Assembly: GCA_900088475.1 (NCBI GenBank)
Contig: FLMG01003917.1
Span: 1-64,000, forward strand
Reading direction: 5' to 3'
DNA length: 64,000 nt
Source: Hyphochytrium catenoides
Lineage: Eukaryota; Protista; Hyphochytriomycota
The notes under the pieces are model-generated. The model saw nothing but the letters and a program-made list of their open reading frames with translations, was not told where the DNA came from and did no database searches. The translations under genes were made by a program, and so were the position numbers. This document shows positions 36,001 through 47,828 of the stretch, piece by piece (the first letter of the stretch is position 1; every line of letters starts with the position of its first letter).

Positions 36001-38238
36001 CTTGCTCTTTCCTCCCGGTGGGTCTGCAGCATCCACCTCCTACCATTATCAAAAGGGTAGGTCATTATTCTCTGAAGAGTACTCACACTGTAACGTCAAG
36101 TAAGCATCCAGGACTTGTCTTGCTAATAAAGATGACTGCGCAGCAGTAGAGGCGGCGGATAGAGCTGGGTCAGCCTATTTCGTATAGTAGGGTGAGTAGG
36201 GAACGAGGGACTTACCTTCCTGATGTCCGCGGTCAAGGGGAAATAGTTTGAATTTGTCTCTCTCTTGCCTGTTCGTCCACGACTCACTTAGAGATAGTGT
36301 TACCTGCATATAGTCCACGGTTAGTTGGCCAGCGAACCGACATAGAGTATATGCAGCTAGCGTCGTTGATGTTCTCCAAGTCGCCAGAGTGTATCACCAG
36401 CACTTCACAAGACTCCCCTTGCTTACTACTCTAGGTTGCCAAATGATCAAGATAGTTCTAAATGATATATATATGCCCCTCAGCCAAAGGAGGTAGGAGT
36501 ACATGACACACCAGCGCAGCGTCAAAGGCATCCCTGACAGTGCCACCTTTCTGCAAGAGAGAGAAGATGGCAAGATGTTGTGGTCGTGAGGAATCTACAA
36601 CCCCCAATCCAGGCAGATGGCACTTTTCATTGCGGACAAAAGGAATGAAAGTCTATGTAGGCCAATTCTGTCAACGAAGAAAGAGCCAAAGGAAATAGCC
36701 AAACTAAGACACAGGTAGAAATTGCTAGCAAGTGACTGATGAAAGCCATTGTTTCAGGGGAGACGAAACTTACAATGAGGAAGTCGTAGAAAGACGTGGC
36801 AAATTGAATTGAAGCGCGGTCGAGGACCGCCTCATCTCTTGATACGGTTATGACGTGGTCTACGCCAGCTGCAAGGAAGAGCGGGACAAGGCTCTCGCCA
36901 TGGCTTCAAACATGAAAAGAGGAACAGGGGACAAGTCAGTGAGTGACTCAAACACAGCAGCCTAGTCAATGTGTGAGCTAGAGGGAGGCAGTGGAAGCAG
37001 CACAGTAAGGGATCTGATGAACTACGGCAAAGTTTAGACAACATGTGTGCGGTGCAGGTGGTCTGCCCGTAGAAAATTTGTATAAGTAATCCAGAAAGCT
37101 TCATGTTAGAAACGTAACGACCTCCAGACACTAACCATGCGCTAATGAACGCCAGCCGTGTCCTCGTGCACTGATGGTTCCTTCTTACTGCAACTGCTTG
37201 CTGGAGTTCTTCCGTTGAGACGAAATATGCAGCCCCATCTCTTTTCTCTAGTGCAAAGAAGAATCTGACAGCAGGAGCAAGATGCTAAGGTAAGGATCCA
37301 CAACCCCTGAGGAAGCGGATGGAGGGACAATGAGCTAGATGAAGAGTGAGAAGGTACCAACAAGTAACAGAGGGAGGTGAAGCAAAAGCGCTCAGAAGAG
37401 ATAAAAGAGCTAGTCAAAATATCGCGTTTTTCCTCTACTGTGCAGTCATTAGTACGTCTCCAACTAACCTCTCGCCTGGAGCCAAAATATCGTTCTTGAT
37501 GAGCTCTCCAATGACCCCGTGTCCCGATAAATGAAGAACTGGGCAGTCTATCATAGTAGAAGAAGATCAGCCTCTAGTATGTAGTACACTCAGGTAAGGC
37601 CCTTAGAAAATGTTGGGAGACCGGCGGAAGGTTAAGGAGGAGAGAGAAGCCAGAACAACCCCGGCGGCAGATTTTACGCGAACAGAAGCTGTTTTGTCAC
37701 CTTGGTCGAAGAGGTAATGCGAGATCAAGTTCACATCCGTCACGCATGCGGAACGCCATTGCAGTTCGCGGTTCGCGCTCTTTAGGGTCTGAAAAATCTG
37801 AGAGCGTTCCAGCGATAAATCCAATCCATCCATAGGGAGCTACTAGAGCAGGTACAAATGGAAGATTAATATCGGAAGAGCCGTAACTCATTCATCGACA
37901 GCCACGAAGGGCAAAGGACACATGCACTTCACATCGAAGGGCAGCGAGGAAGGTAGTAGTGGTAGGAGTAGTGATAGTAAGCTCACTGGCATTAGAACGG
38001 GATAAGAAGATCTTAGACGAGGGCGTACCCATTGTGTTCTGTTTGCCTGTCTGGCAAAGAAGCCTACAGGGAGCGCCGAAAGATATGCAAATACTGGGGA
38101 TGAAGACAGAACAGCTTTATGTGCGGACGGACTAGTCGGTGAAAATGACTGACTGCCAGTCTCGCCATCCTTTTGGGATTGCTGCATCATCTCGGCGCCC
38201 GTAACCGTCTTTTGCTTCAGTGACTCTGACATCAACAT
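33095..38238 (-). CDS. CHAT protease - STAND NTPase - STAT-type linker/SH2 protein, paralog B; multi-exon, two N gaps
   Basis: Spliced motifs: VFAYLSALP, CPVLHLSGHG, LAFISAC|HGES, AAGVDHVI, Walker A GSAGIGKT, Walker B ILLVDG, KIVITAR, GGHP, then FWSWF...LWHSRYLIGFISK...GQFLLRFS...ALVLSY. The last exon is FDDGTTRSFDSL...PPAPE*, stop at 33095-33097. Confidence 0.83.
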
Positions 38239-40357
38239 CGCGCTCGGAGGGCGACCTTGTTCTGAGACTGAGGGGAAATCTGATAATGATAGACACCAGG
38301 CTGGGAGACCACGGGTCTCCGATTCATGGTGCAGTACAGCTATGCCTGTCGGTACTTATAAAGTCTTGAGAATGTCAGAAGCGAGGTCTGGACGACAGAG
38401 AAAAGAGTTGCAACGCATCAGTTGACTGCACCGCTATGCAGCCCAACAAGAGCAGAGAAGATGTTCGAACTTGATGAGCCCCTCGGGTGACAAAAGTATC
38501 TGCTTCATGTTGTGTTATAGGAGGATAGCACAGAGAGCATAAGATAGACAGATGAGCATTGAAGCAGGGCACATTGCCTGAGAGGAGCTTGACTGGTGGG
38601 TCAGTTAGGTGCGAGAAGACTAAGGAACTATAGACGGACAACCTCCCTTCGAACGGAGGCCATAAGGAACTTGATGGATAGTGGAACAAACAGGTGGTAG
38701 GAAACCCAGCGATCACTGTGTGTTGAAGGCTGACAGCAGGGTAAGCATCGAGTCAAGAAGGAGAAGAAGAGGAAAGAGCAGGGAGAGAGAGCGAGAGCGT
38801 CAGAGAGAGAAATATCAAGCAAGTTTGGACGCTTTTGGGGGCGAGGTGGCCATCTTTGGTGAGGAGTAAAGGTCTTACCCAACGGGGGGGACAGTCCGAA
38901 GCCTAAGGCAATATATTAGTACGCAGAGATGACCATCACTCCGATCTCCACTCTGTCTCGCGGCCCGCCCCCCATGTCGAACGAAGTACTGTACAACTGT
39001 ATGACAGTTAGCGCCATTCTGCCCTCACTCAACGGCTGTTGTTGGTCCCATACTGACATTTGCTCGACTTCTTCTGCTGCTGCTGGTCTGTTTGTTGTCA
39101 GTTGTGGCTGCTGGTCACGGGTGCGTCTATCATCACTGCTGTTGTTGGATATTATCTTGAAATGACTAACAGGTTGCTTGGTTGGGGAGGAGAGTGTATG
39201 TTGATAATGAGAGGAGGGATGAAGAGGAACTTATAAGACGAGTAGCAGCAGGAAGAAGGAGAATGAAGGTTTTGAACACCAGTTGGGATTAGGACGAGAT
39301 ATGTCACACCTCATTGAAAGGCAACCCATCAAGAAAACTCCTCCTGTGGCAGTGCCACCACGGAACACTTGCAGAACGCAATGTTTTCGTGGCAAAATGG
39401 ATGAAGATAACGGTGTTGTTGAGGATGATGATAGTGGTGGGACAACATGAAAGCCAGAAGAACATATTGAGGTCTGGAACCATCTTTATCAGTAAGAGAA
39501 GAAAATGCTTCTTCTGTTGCTGGTGCTGTTGGCTTATAAGTTATTGTTGGTAAGGCAGAAGATCTTGCACGTGGCTAAGTATGATTGTTGTGCTGATGGC
39601 GATGTGGTCTAGATAGTAATAGGGTTAGCTAGGCCCTTGGAAGATGGCAGGCGGTGTAAATAGATTCCCATCTTCCTCCTGGCCCTGCCACTCCTATTTA
39701 ATAAAGAGAGGAGGGATAGAGCAGGTAAGGCACTGAAAGCGATGATGGGTAATCAGCTGTGACACGGGCACTTACGTACTATGGAACACCTACGTACTAT
39801 GGAACAGTGGATGATTGAGACTAACTAATAGTACTTAGCTAGCAGCAGAACCTCTATTCCTGTGGAGCTGGCTTCTTCTGATCAGACATCATTGTCATCT
39901 GCCTACCGTGCTGCTTTGTTACTAACTTTTCATAGTCGCTTGATCCTGACGATCCTTGATGATGGGTTCGTGGTGCTAGCTAATGGTGAGTCTCTACGCT
40001 TTTTGTTATTAGCAGGAGCAAACTACTTTCCTTCTTCTGACGGTTAATAATGCTGTTAGCTTCCGTCACTACTTCTTTCTTGTTGTTTAGATCTTGCATC
40101 ACTATCTAGCCAAGCAAGTACTCATTGGTATGACGGGGGAGAGTGATGCTAAGGATAATTGGAAGCCTCGTCGTTTATCTGCTGCTATCATTGTTGTTGA
40201 CTCATACTATCTTGGACGGGAACGAGAGGAAAGATGCCACCAGAAGAAGAGGAGTGCACGCAACGCCCTCGCTCTTCTGCTTCTTCGTCTTCTTCATCAT
40301 TAGGTCAAGAAAGAACTACTGCTAAAGTTTAATACCGCGCCTCAAGCAATCTCGATC

Positions 40358-40390
40358 TTCTTCTTCTGCTGCTGCTGCTGCTGCTGCTGT
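40358..40390. repeat. (CTT)/(CTG)n trinucleotide run, apparently intergenic
   Basis: cttcttcttctgctgctgctgctgctgctgctg. Confidence 0.85.
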
Positions 40391-41059
40391 GGTCTAGGGC
40401 TTGAGCTCTGTTGTTGGGCTCGATAATCATAAAGCGCCAGTGTAATGATGAGGCAGGAAAGGGGCGAAGTGATGATGGAAGTGACAGAGACGAACAGAAA
40501 GGGAAGGAGGACAGCAATGTACATCTGTGTGCGTAGTCGCTGTATCCAGGAAGTTTCCTTCTCCAACCTATAATTGTCGCTCTCAGACTCTTACCTTTTA
40601 CGTAACAAATAGAGGACGTGTTTTCTGATTACCTTGTTTCTTCTACAACCGACAAAGGCTGCAAGCTCGTCCTTAGATAGTCGTGCCTGCTGCTGTGTAA
40701 TGTCTGATCCATACGGGAACGGAAGTGGCGAAAAGGCACGGCTTCGCTTTCGCTTGCAGGTCGCCGCTGGGCATCTGCTGTTGGCCGAGAGCAGGGTCGT
40801 GATGGTCATGAACGCTCTATCGTGTGAACGATGGCTTGAGAAGGAATAGCTTGTCTCAGTTATAAAGGCCTTTACCGGAGGAGGTAGAGGTGTAGGCGAA
40901 ACCTTTCTGAACCCCAGTGTCACATTTTCAGTTCGGGCAGTGGTCCCACCAAGAGAGGATGACTGCCAGCAAGAGGCCATGCTAGCAGCCTGCTGTGTGC
41001 CTTACCTTCTCGTCAAGACAGGAATCAAACCATTTGGTCTATAAATCTATTATACTAAG

Positions 41060-44000
41060 ATGGGAAAGCAGCAGGGTTACGATATCTCAAAGCAAACCCA
41101 TGGCCCTCCAAATCAGGACAATGGGGTCCCTCAGGAGATTAGCAGGGTTCCTGACGGCGCCCCCGGAGAGGAAGAGGAACTGCTGCACACCGGAGCTCTG
41201 TACCTAAAGCGCAGCCTGTCTTCGACACAGGTTCGAATCCTAAAGACTACGGAAGCGGTACCTAAAGTACTGTGTCTAACGCCAACACTTGCACAGGCTC
41301 TATCCAAGAAGATGCTTGGCATCCTCAACTCCTTTGAAGACAAGCTATCAATCGTAGAGACGAAGATGCTCCCTATCCACAACACTACACAGGAGCTCAA
41401 TGTAGCAAAGAATAATATTGATCTGACTATCTCAGAGATTGGGAGGATACAAGCCAACTTCAGGGTGGCCAATGAAGTTGATAACGTTCTGCGGAGAGGC
41501 GTTGATGCAGACACTGCCGCCTTCGTGGAGGCTGTGGCAAAGATGAAGAGTGCACTGGCATTCTTGAAGAGCAATCCCAAGCTGAAAAGTGCGGAAAAAT
41601 ATACTCGCGCATTAGAGAAGTCTTTGGGACGGGTAAGCCTGCAGGGTATTAGCGAAGAGGGAAGGTTAAGAAGGTGACCTCGAGGTGTAAGTAAGCGGGA
41701 GGAAACCCAAGGAAATGTTATCAGGCGAAGACAGGGAGGGATTTACTATCACTGGAATTTTCGGTAAAGCGACAAGAACGAGCAGGGACTTCAAGAAAAG
41801 AATGACACAAAAGGACGCAGGATTGTGATGCTTGAGCTCATTGCTTGTAAAATTATAGGCAACCAAAGATTGTGAGGCAGAGCTTCTACGACTCGTTTGC
41901 GCAGGAAGCAGCACTACCGCGGACTTCAGAGACATGCTTAATCTTCCGTAAGATTGGCTTCTGTCATGTCTGTTCCCTATTCCTTCATTCACGCGTGACC
42001 TATGAGTAGGAAGCCAGCCACAGTTAAAGCCAGACTGTTATGCAAGTGCCTCTACACAGCGGAAGAGAAGAGCTTCATGCAGGTCTGACCTCCTACTACA
42101 ATGCGCTGAGATCGTGTTCCTTTTTAGTTCCTAGGCACTTTCTATTTCCCAGCCGTAAACACGTTAACCCAAGTCTGCTGCTTTCTTCTTCATCTCGCTT
42201 TTCTTGGCATGCATCCACTTCCCTTCCATTGGCTTCTTCATGTCGTTCTTTTCCTATGTCCGCTCTCTCCCAGCTCATTCTTGGGCCTTCGTTAAATGAC
42301 TTCACTTTGAACGCATTTGTTTATCCCCAGCAATATCTGAAGTATCGAGCTTCGGCTGTAATGCATGCGCTGGACGTTATAATGGCCGACGCTCATGAGG
42401 CTGATAAAGGGTTCAGACATAGGACAAGCTCGCGCTTCCAAAACTTTGTGGAGGCCTTACAGGTTGGTAGAGCTAAGCATCATTGCCAGGATTGCTGATC
42501 CCAGCCAACTGCATATCTGACGCCTTTCCAGCCCCTAAACAATAGCGATTAAGCCGCCAATGCAGGGGTGGGATGACAACGACATTTTTTCTAACACAAA
42601 CTGTCCAACTCCACCTTAGATAGAGTTCAACGTCGCCATGAAGATCCTTGCAGATCTACCTGAAGCCAAAGCTTTATTTCTGGCATCAGTTCATCCGGCC
42701 ATAGAGAGCTTTTCAGGGAGAATACAGGAGGTTCTCTCTAGGGCAGAACTCACGCATGCTGATTTGGGCCAAGCTTGTAAGTCTTCTACGCCCTTTCGGA
42801 AGAGGGTCCAATCTCTGGAGAATCCAAGGATTGCGTAGAACAGTTCTTCTTTTGCTTGTATAACAAGGTATACTCCTATTGCAGCAGCCCAGGCGCCAAA
42901 TAGCCCACAGCCTACTCAATCCGCAAGTGCAGCTACCTCGGTTGGGGTTAAGTCTATTTTCGAGGTTCTAGCCATTGCTGAAAGCCTCGACAACGCGCTG
43001 AATGACTTCGAGGAGGTGCTAAACATTGAAGAGGTGAGGAAGGCAGAGTGACGCCAAGGTGGAATGGCGGTCAAGGGTTTGACTATTGGATAGCTGTGCA
43101 GTGCCTACGCAACGCTCTTCGTGGTTATCTTGGTTGGCCTGAAAGAGTATGTCTCTCTTTATTTTCCAACCAGGATGAGAAGGAGAGTGCTCCTGACTTT
43201 ATTAGTCCTGAAGTGCTATCGGTGAAGGATCGACTCCAGTACCTTCACACCCAGGTACCTCGTGTGTCGAAGTGTTGTGTGTGCTCTTGTAGGCAGTGGT
43301 TGATGAAGAGAAAAGATGGGTTCTAACAGCGAAGAGAGGGAGGGGGTTGACGAAGAGAGAAGAAGAGAGGAAAGGATGGCAAGGGCTCAAATGCAAGTAA
43401 AGGTTGGCATGGCCATGTTAGGACCAGAATGGCCTCGACGCAATAAAGAAAGGTTTTTCCAGTAACAGACTACAAAGCCAGAAACTAAAGAGCCCTCCGT
43501 CCCAGGTCTTGGCATCAGGCAAGCGTCTCCTCCTGCGTTTTAAGGATATCATTCAAAGCGACGCGACAAGCTCAAAGGCCATAGCTAAGGACGGTGGCAT
43601 TGACCGCGTGGCGCTGAAGGTCGATGTTTACCATCGCTCCTATACTCTGTCCTGACTACATCGACTCCTTGGCCCGTAACTCCGCCGTGCGTCTCTTAAG
43701 CTTAGCAGAGTGCTGCATTTATTCTAGAACCTTGCCTCCCCTAGCTTGTCGTTGAACCATGCGTCTCTTGTTCCATTTGAAGGTGGTCAAGTTCTGTCGT
43801 GAGGTCGTGGAATATGAGCAAGTCATAGCTTCGCTTATAATGGAGGGAGCAGATGCAGAAAGCCAGCAAAGCGCTTTCAGACTATACATCGGTAAGAAAA
43901 GGGATCGGACGAGCTGTTGTCTAACCCCTCTCAGCTACGTATCATTGGTTCTGGATGTATGTTCCCGGCTTTTCAATTATATTTTCTCGCCGCCAGCCTC

Positions 44001-45152
44001 AGCCTCAGCCTGATGCGTCCTCTTCAGATTCCTTGTTCGTCCAACTCAAGAAGAGCATTGAGCTTAAAGCTCAGACCCAACGGAAGGCTTCCTCTCTCGT
44101 TCCTGCCATTTTCCTGATGAACAACTTCCAATACATCTACTCCAGCATCTGCTCAAGTAGAAATGGGGGCTCTACCGTCGAACCAAACGCTAGAGGAGAC
44201 CGGGTTAGAAATTCTGTAGGAATAGGCGACGATGAGTCAGAGACTCTGAGCACTGCAAAAGATGCTGGTCAAGAGACGGCCTCATCGTCTGATCAAAAGC
44301 TGTTAGACCTTGTCAGCACAGAAATACAAGAGGAACTAAAGTCACGACTGGAGAAGGAAAAGCAGGATTATATAGCACACAGGTCCTTTAAGTTCCTTTC
44401 TTCACAGCTGACGATGATTCTGCTGGTTGTCGGCGCCCTTGGCCGTTCCTTTTTGCCTCTTGAGATAAATCCTCTCACTTTCCACCATCGGCTTCGCTTA
44501 CGTTCTTAATATTTGCCATCGATATTTGCGCATATTCAGTTGGGATAAGGCTGCTAGCTTCCTAGTGGATGTTACGGAGCCCCTCCAGTTCCAGAAAGGG
44601 ACGAAGCTTCTGACCCTTGAGAGCGGGCGGCAAATTAAGGAAAGGTTCTCGGTAGGTCTAGAGTCGGTCTCTAAGGTCCCTTATACGTTTTTAACTTATA
44701 CTTTCTCTCAAAACTCTTAAAAGGGCTTTATTCAAGCATTCGAGGAGTCTTACAATAGCCAGGTAATGTACATGCGGATGTTTTACGACGATTATTCTGC
44801 TCCGTGCCATTGGCTTTCCGCCGTGGTCTCTCGACATATCCAGTCACCTAATGGTTCAACAGACGCATCTCGTTGTTCCAGCCCAGGACTTGAGAGACGA
44901 ACTAACGCGAAGATCCCTGATCGCCCTAGTCCCTCCTTACCGCGAGTTCTATGAGAAGTAAGTTTCGCGTTCTCCTCAAGTTATCATTTGGACTTTCTCT
45001 CCCGCTATTGTGCTACTCTGCTTCGGCTAATGTCTCCAACCTGAAGGTATTCAAAAATCCAGTTCTCGAAGAAGCACGCTGACCAGTATTTGAAATACAA
45101 GCCCGAAGATATTGAGGCTTTGCTGAAGCGGCACCTCGGAGGCGGCACCTGA
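41060..45152 (+). CDS. EXO70: Exocyst subunit Exo70 (EXOC7); multi-exon
   Basis: N-terminal MLGILNSFEDKLSIVETKMLPIHNTTQELNVAKNNIDLT. C-terminal AIFLMNNFQYI, RQIKERFS|GFIQAFEE, VPPYREFYEK|YSKIQFSKKHADQYLKYKPEDIE. These are the Exo70 hallmark segments. Stop TGA at 45150-45152. Confidence 0.9.
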
Positions 45153-45417
45153 CGACAATGAACGGAGAGTGACCAAGTATACTCCACTAGCCTGTGACAT
45201 GAAACCCCAAAGAAATTAATAGGTCCAGGCAAGGTACAAAGAAGGCGTTAACAAATGAAGTCAGCGGGTGTGGTCTTCGGAAGTGCTAGGTCTTTGTCAG
45301 GTATTGGAAAAATCAGCAGGGGCATTGTGTTTTGTGAGACAAGCATTATCCAGGCCTTTGAAAAGTTGAGAATATTCAAACAAGTGAGAACGAGCACTCA
45401 CAATTGACGCGGCGTGT

Positions 45418-47100
45418 CTAATGGCTTTCAATGAGCACATATTCATCCTCTTCGTCACTCTCTCCAGCACTTACGGCTTCGTTCACCATGTCCACCTGCA
45501 AGTGGTTATTGTTCAGCCAATTAGCTGACCAATGACAGAGGGGAACAAAGGCATGGAGAAGAACAGAGCACGGAAGCACAGTACCTCGCTTGAATAATCG
45601 GGTGTGCTCGAAGCTATTGAGAAAGGACATAAGCAGTGCTGAGAGACGCCTTGCACCCTGCCGCAGAAGTCTTGAAAATCTAGCCTGTCCTTTATATAGA
45701 AGCCAATTGCCAAGGATGGGTCCACGTTCTCCATGCTCATTACGAGAGGAGTGCCGCAAGACGTAGTGGCAAGAAGGTCGGATGAGATGGCACTGCCGGA
45801 CACCTGGAGAGCAGGCTGGGTGGTGTGTGGATCGAGAAGATGCAACTCAGATCCATGAACACCCACGAAATACACAGAGTGGCCCCTTTTGCCTACAAGA
45901 GAAACGACCAGGTTCTTAGTCGAGTACTGAAGAGAGGACAGTAAGGGGACAGACAAATTGAAGACAGAGAGCCGCGAGGACCAGGTACAGGGAGAGTACA
46001 TCACAAAGGCAGCCAACGCGCGGCGCCCTAGAGTGGAGACTGAGTGAAGCAACATGAATATACGGTACAGGCACTCCACTTGAAGAGTAATAAGCGATCG
46101 GGAATGTTCAACAGCTAACGACCACATGCCGAGTCTCAAGCTTTTCTCCCACCCTGACCGTCTCAACTATTAATATATCCCCTCTTGACCTGCCTTACCT
46201 CCTATGATTCCGGTAGACTGGGGAAACTTGAAGAACTCAATGATAGCTGGTAAATAATCGCCGTTGATGTGGTCTAAGCCCAGCCGGAGGGGAATGAGAA
46301 TGAACAGTGCCTTGGACCACTTGCTCTCAGGTGCAGCAGGAGGAGGATTCAGTAAAGGGTCGTAGAGAGCTGTAGACGGTGTCCCTGCCTCCTTCGGCTC
46401 GTCGCTGTTACTATTTGATGGCGATGAGGAGCATAGTCCCTCAACCACATCAAGGTAGATTACCCCCTCCTGCGGCACTAACATTTCCATTGTGCCCCCT
46501 AACTTTTCTGCATGCAGGTGTACTAGATCTCGCAGAACCTGCGCTGCGGTGGTAGGGCCATACCACTCTCCAGGAAGCTTGTCGTACTGCAGCCCCACCT
46601 ACAAACGCCAAACATAACATCTAAGGACGGACGGTCTTACCGCTCGTTAGAGCGACCTACCTGAACCATGTTGTGAATGGAGTAGATTGCTTCCACTCTA
46701 GGTACATCGGCGAACCACCTCAAGATGCTCGCCCCTCCCTTGGCTGACCTAATATTCTGGTTGAATAGGTGGCGTTGTAAGGCTTGGGCCAAGATCATCT
46801 GTCCTGTTCTCAGCATACATCCCCATCCAGAGTCACTAGAGATGATCGTAAGAGAGGTTTATGACTACTCTGTGTGATTGCCAAGCAGGCAACATACCTG
46901 GTATAGTCGTAGGGATCCATAGGCGCAAAGTCCCTGCGGTAGGTGAGCCACTTGATTGCATGGAACATCTTTATGTATGCCGCTTGCTCTGGGGTTAGCT
47001 CTCCATGGCCACCTTCAAAGCGACTGCCCAGAAGCCAGACCACTTCATCGCAGTTGCGAATGTCGAAAGGACGTATCCCATGGGCAAATTGTGAAGCCAT
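45418..47100 (-). CDS. ATG4: Autophagy cysteine protease ATG4 (peptidase C54); 5 exons
   Basis: WLTYRRDF, T|SDSGWGCMLRTGQMILAQAL (catalytic Cys), GEWYGP, LIPLRLG, GIIG|GKRGHSVYFVG, LDPH (catalytic Asp/His), DPSLAIGFY, and a C-terminal LIR-like EDEYVLI. Confidence 0.93.
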
Positions 47101-47828
47101 TCTGGTTGCCTTCTATGAAGGCCCCCGACGGGAAGCCACTTTTCTGAAGACTCTATTGCTCTACTGCGAAGAACTGTGGCCGGCTGGGTTCATTGTTCTT
47201 GTGATCTATGCTGACGTCTCCCCATTCTGCGATCCTTCAAGGGATAACCGATAGAGGTCATCATAAGGCACCTCTCGAAGCTTCAACCTTGCAGCCAAGC
47301 TCTGCTATCGAACTCAAAATGCGGGAAGATGAAGAACTTTTCTGAGCAGCGCCTGCAGTGGTGACATCCCCCAGGAGTCTGAGTTAACCGATTATCAGAG
47401 AATCAAACCATTTTCCTTCGTCTCAAAGCTTTTCTGAAGCTCAAGAAGAACCTTGGACACCTGGAACCTCAGCGTCAATCGGCTCGGGAAAGGACATGGC
47501 AAGTCCACCTGCTTGCCTGTGAGGCTGACGATGCGTTGTGCTGCTACTACGATCGGTAGAAGAGCTGATCAATAGCCTTATCTGGAGTGACATTGTACGC
47601 AGTGGTGCGACGTAGTAGGCTGACCGGGCTAGGGTAAGAGGAGTGTGGCTTGGCGTGAGCGGACAACGTGACAGTCAGGGCAAATGAAGAGTTGACATTG
47701 GATAAAACCTGGCTCGACCGTGGATATTCACTTCTGAGACTTCACCTGCATCTTTGAGTTGGTGTGTGGCAATAGCACACGTTCATAGACCGTCTCTGTC
47801 AGTTGCCAAGGCCGGTGAGATAGGAAGC

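Noticed and set aside
38300-41000. Searched for a CHAT substrate or effector gene (e.g. gasdermin-like) or a tyrosine kinase next to the CHAT-STAND-SH2 pair; also searched 25.9-27.1 kb
   Set aside because: Only short low-complexity ORFs and small tandem repeats (e.g. tacgtactatggaaca x2 near 39773) are present. No supportable gene was found.
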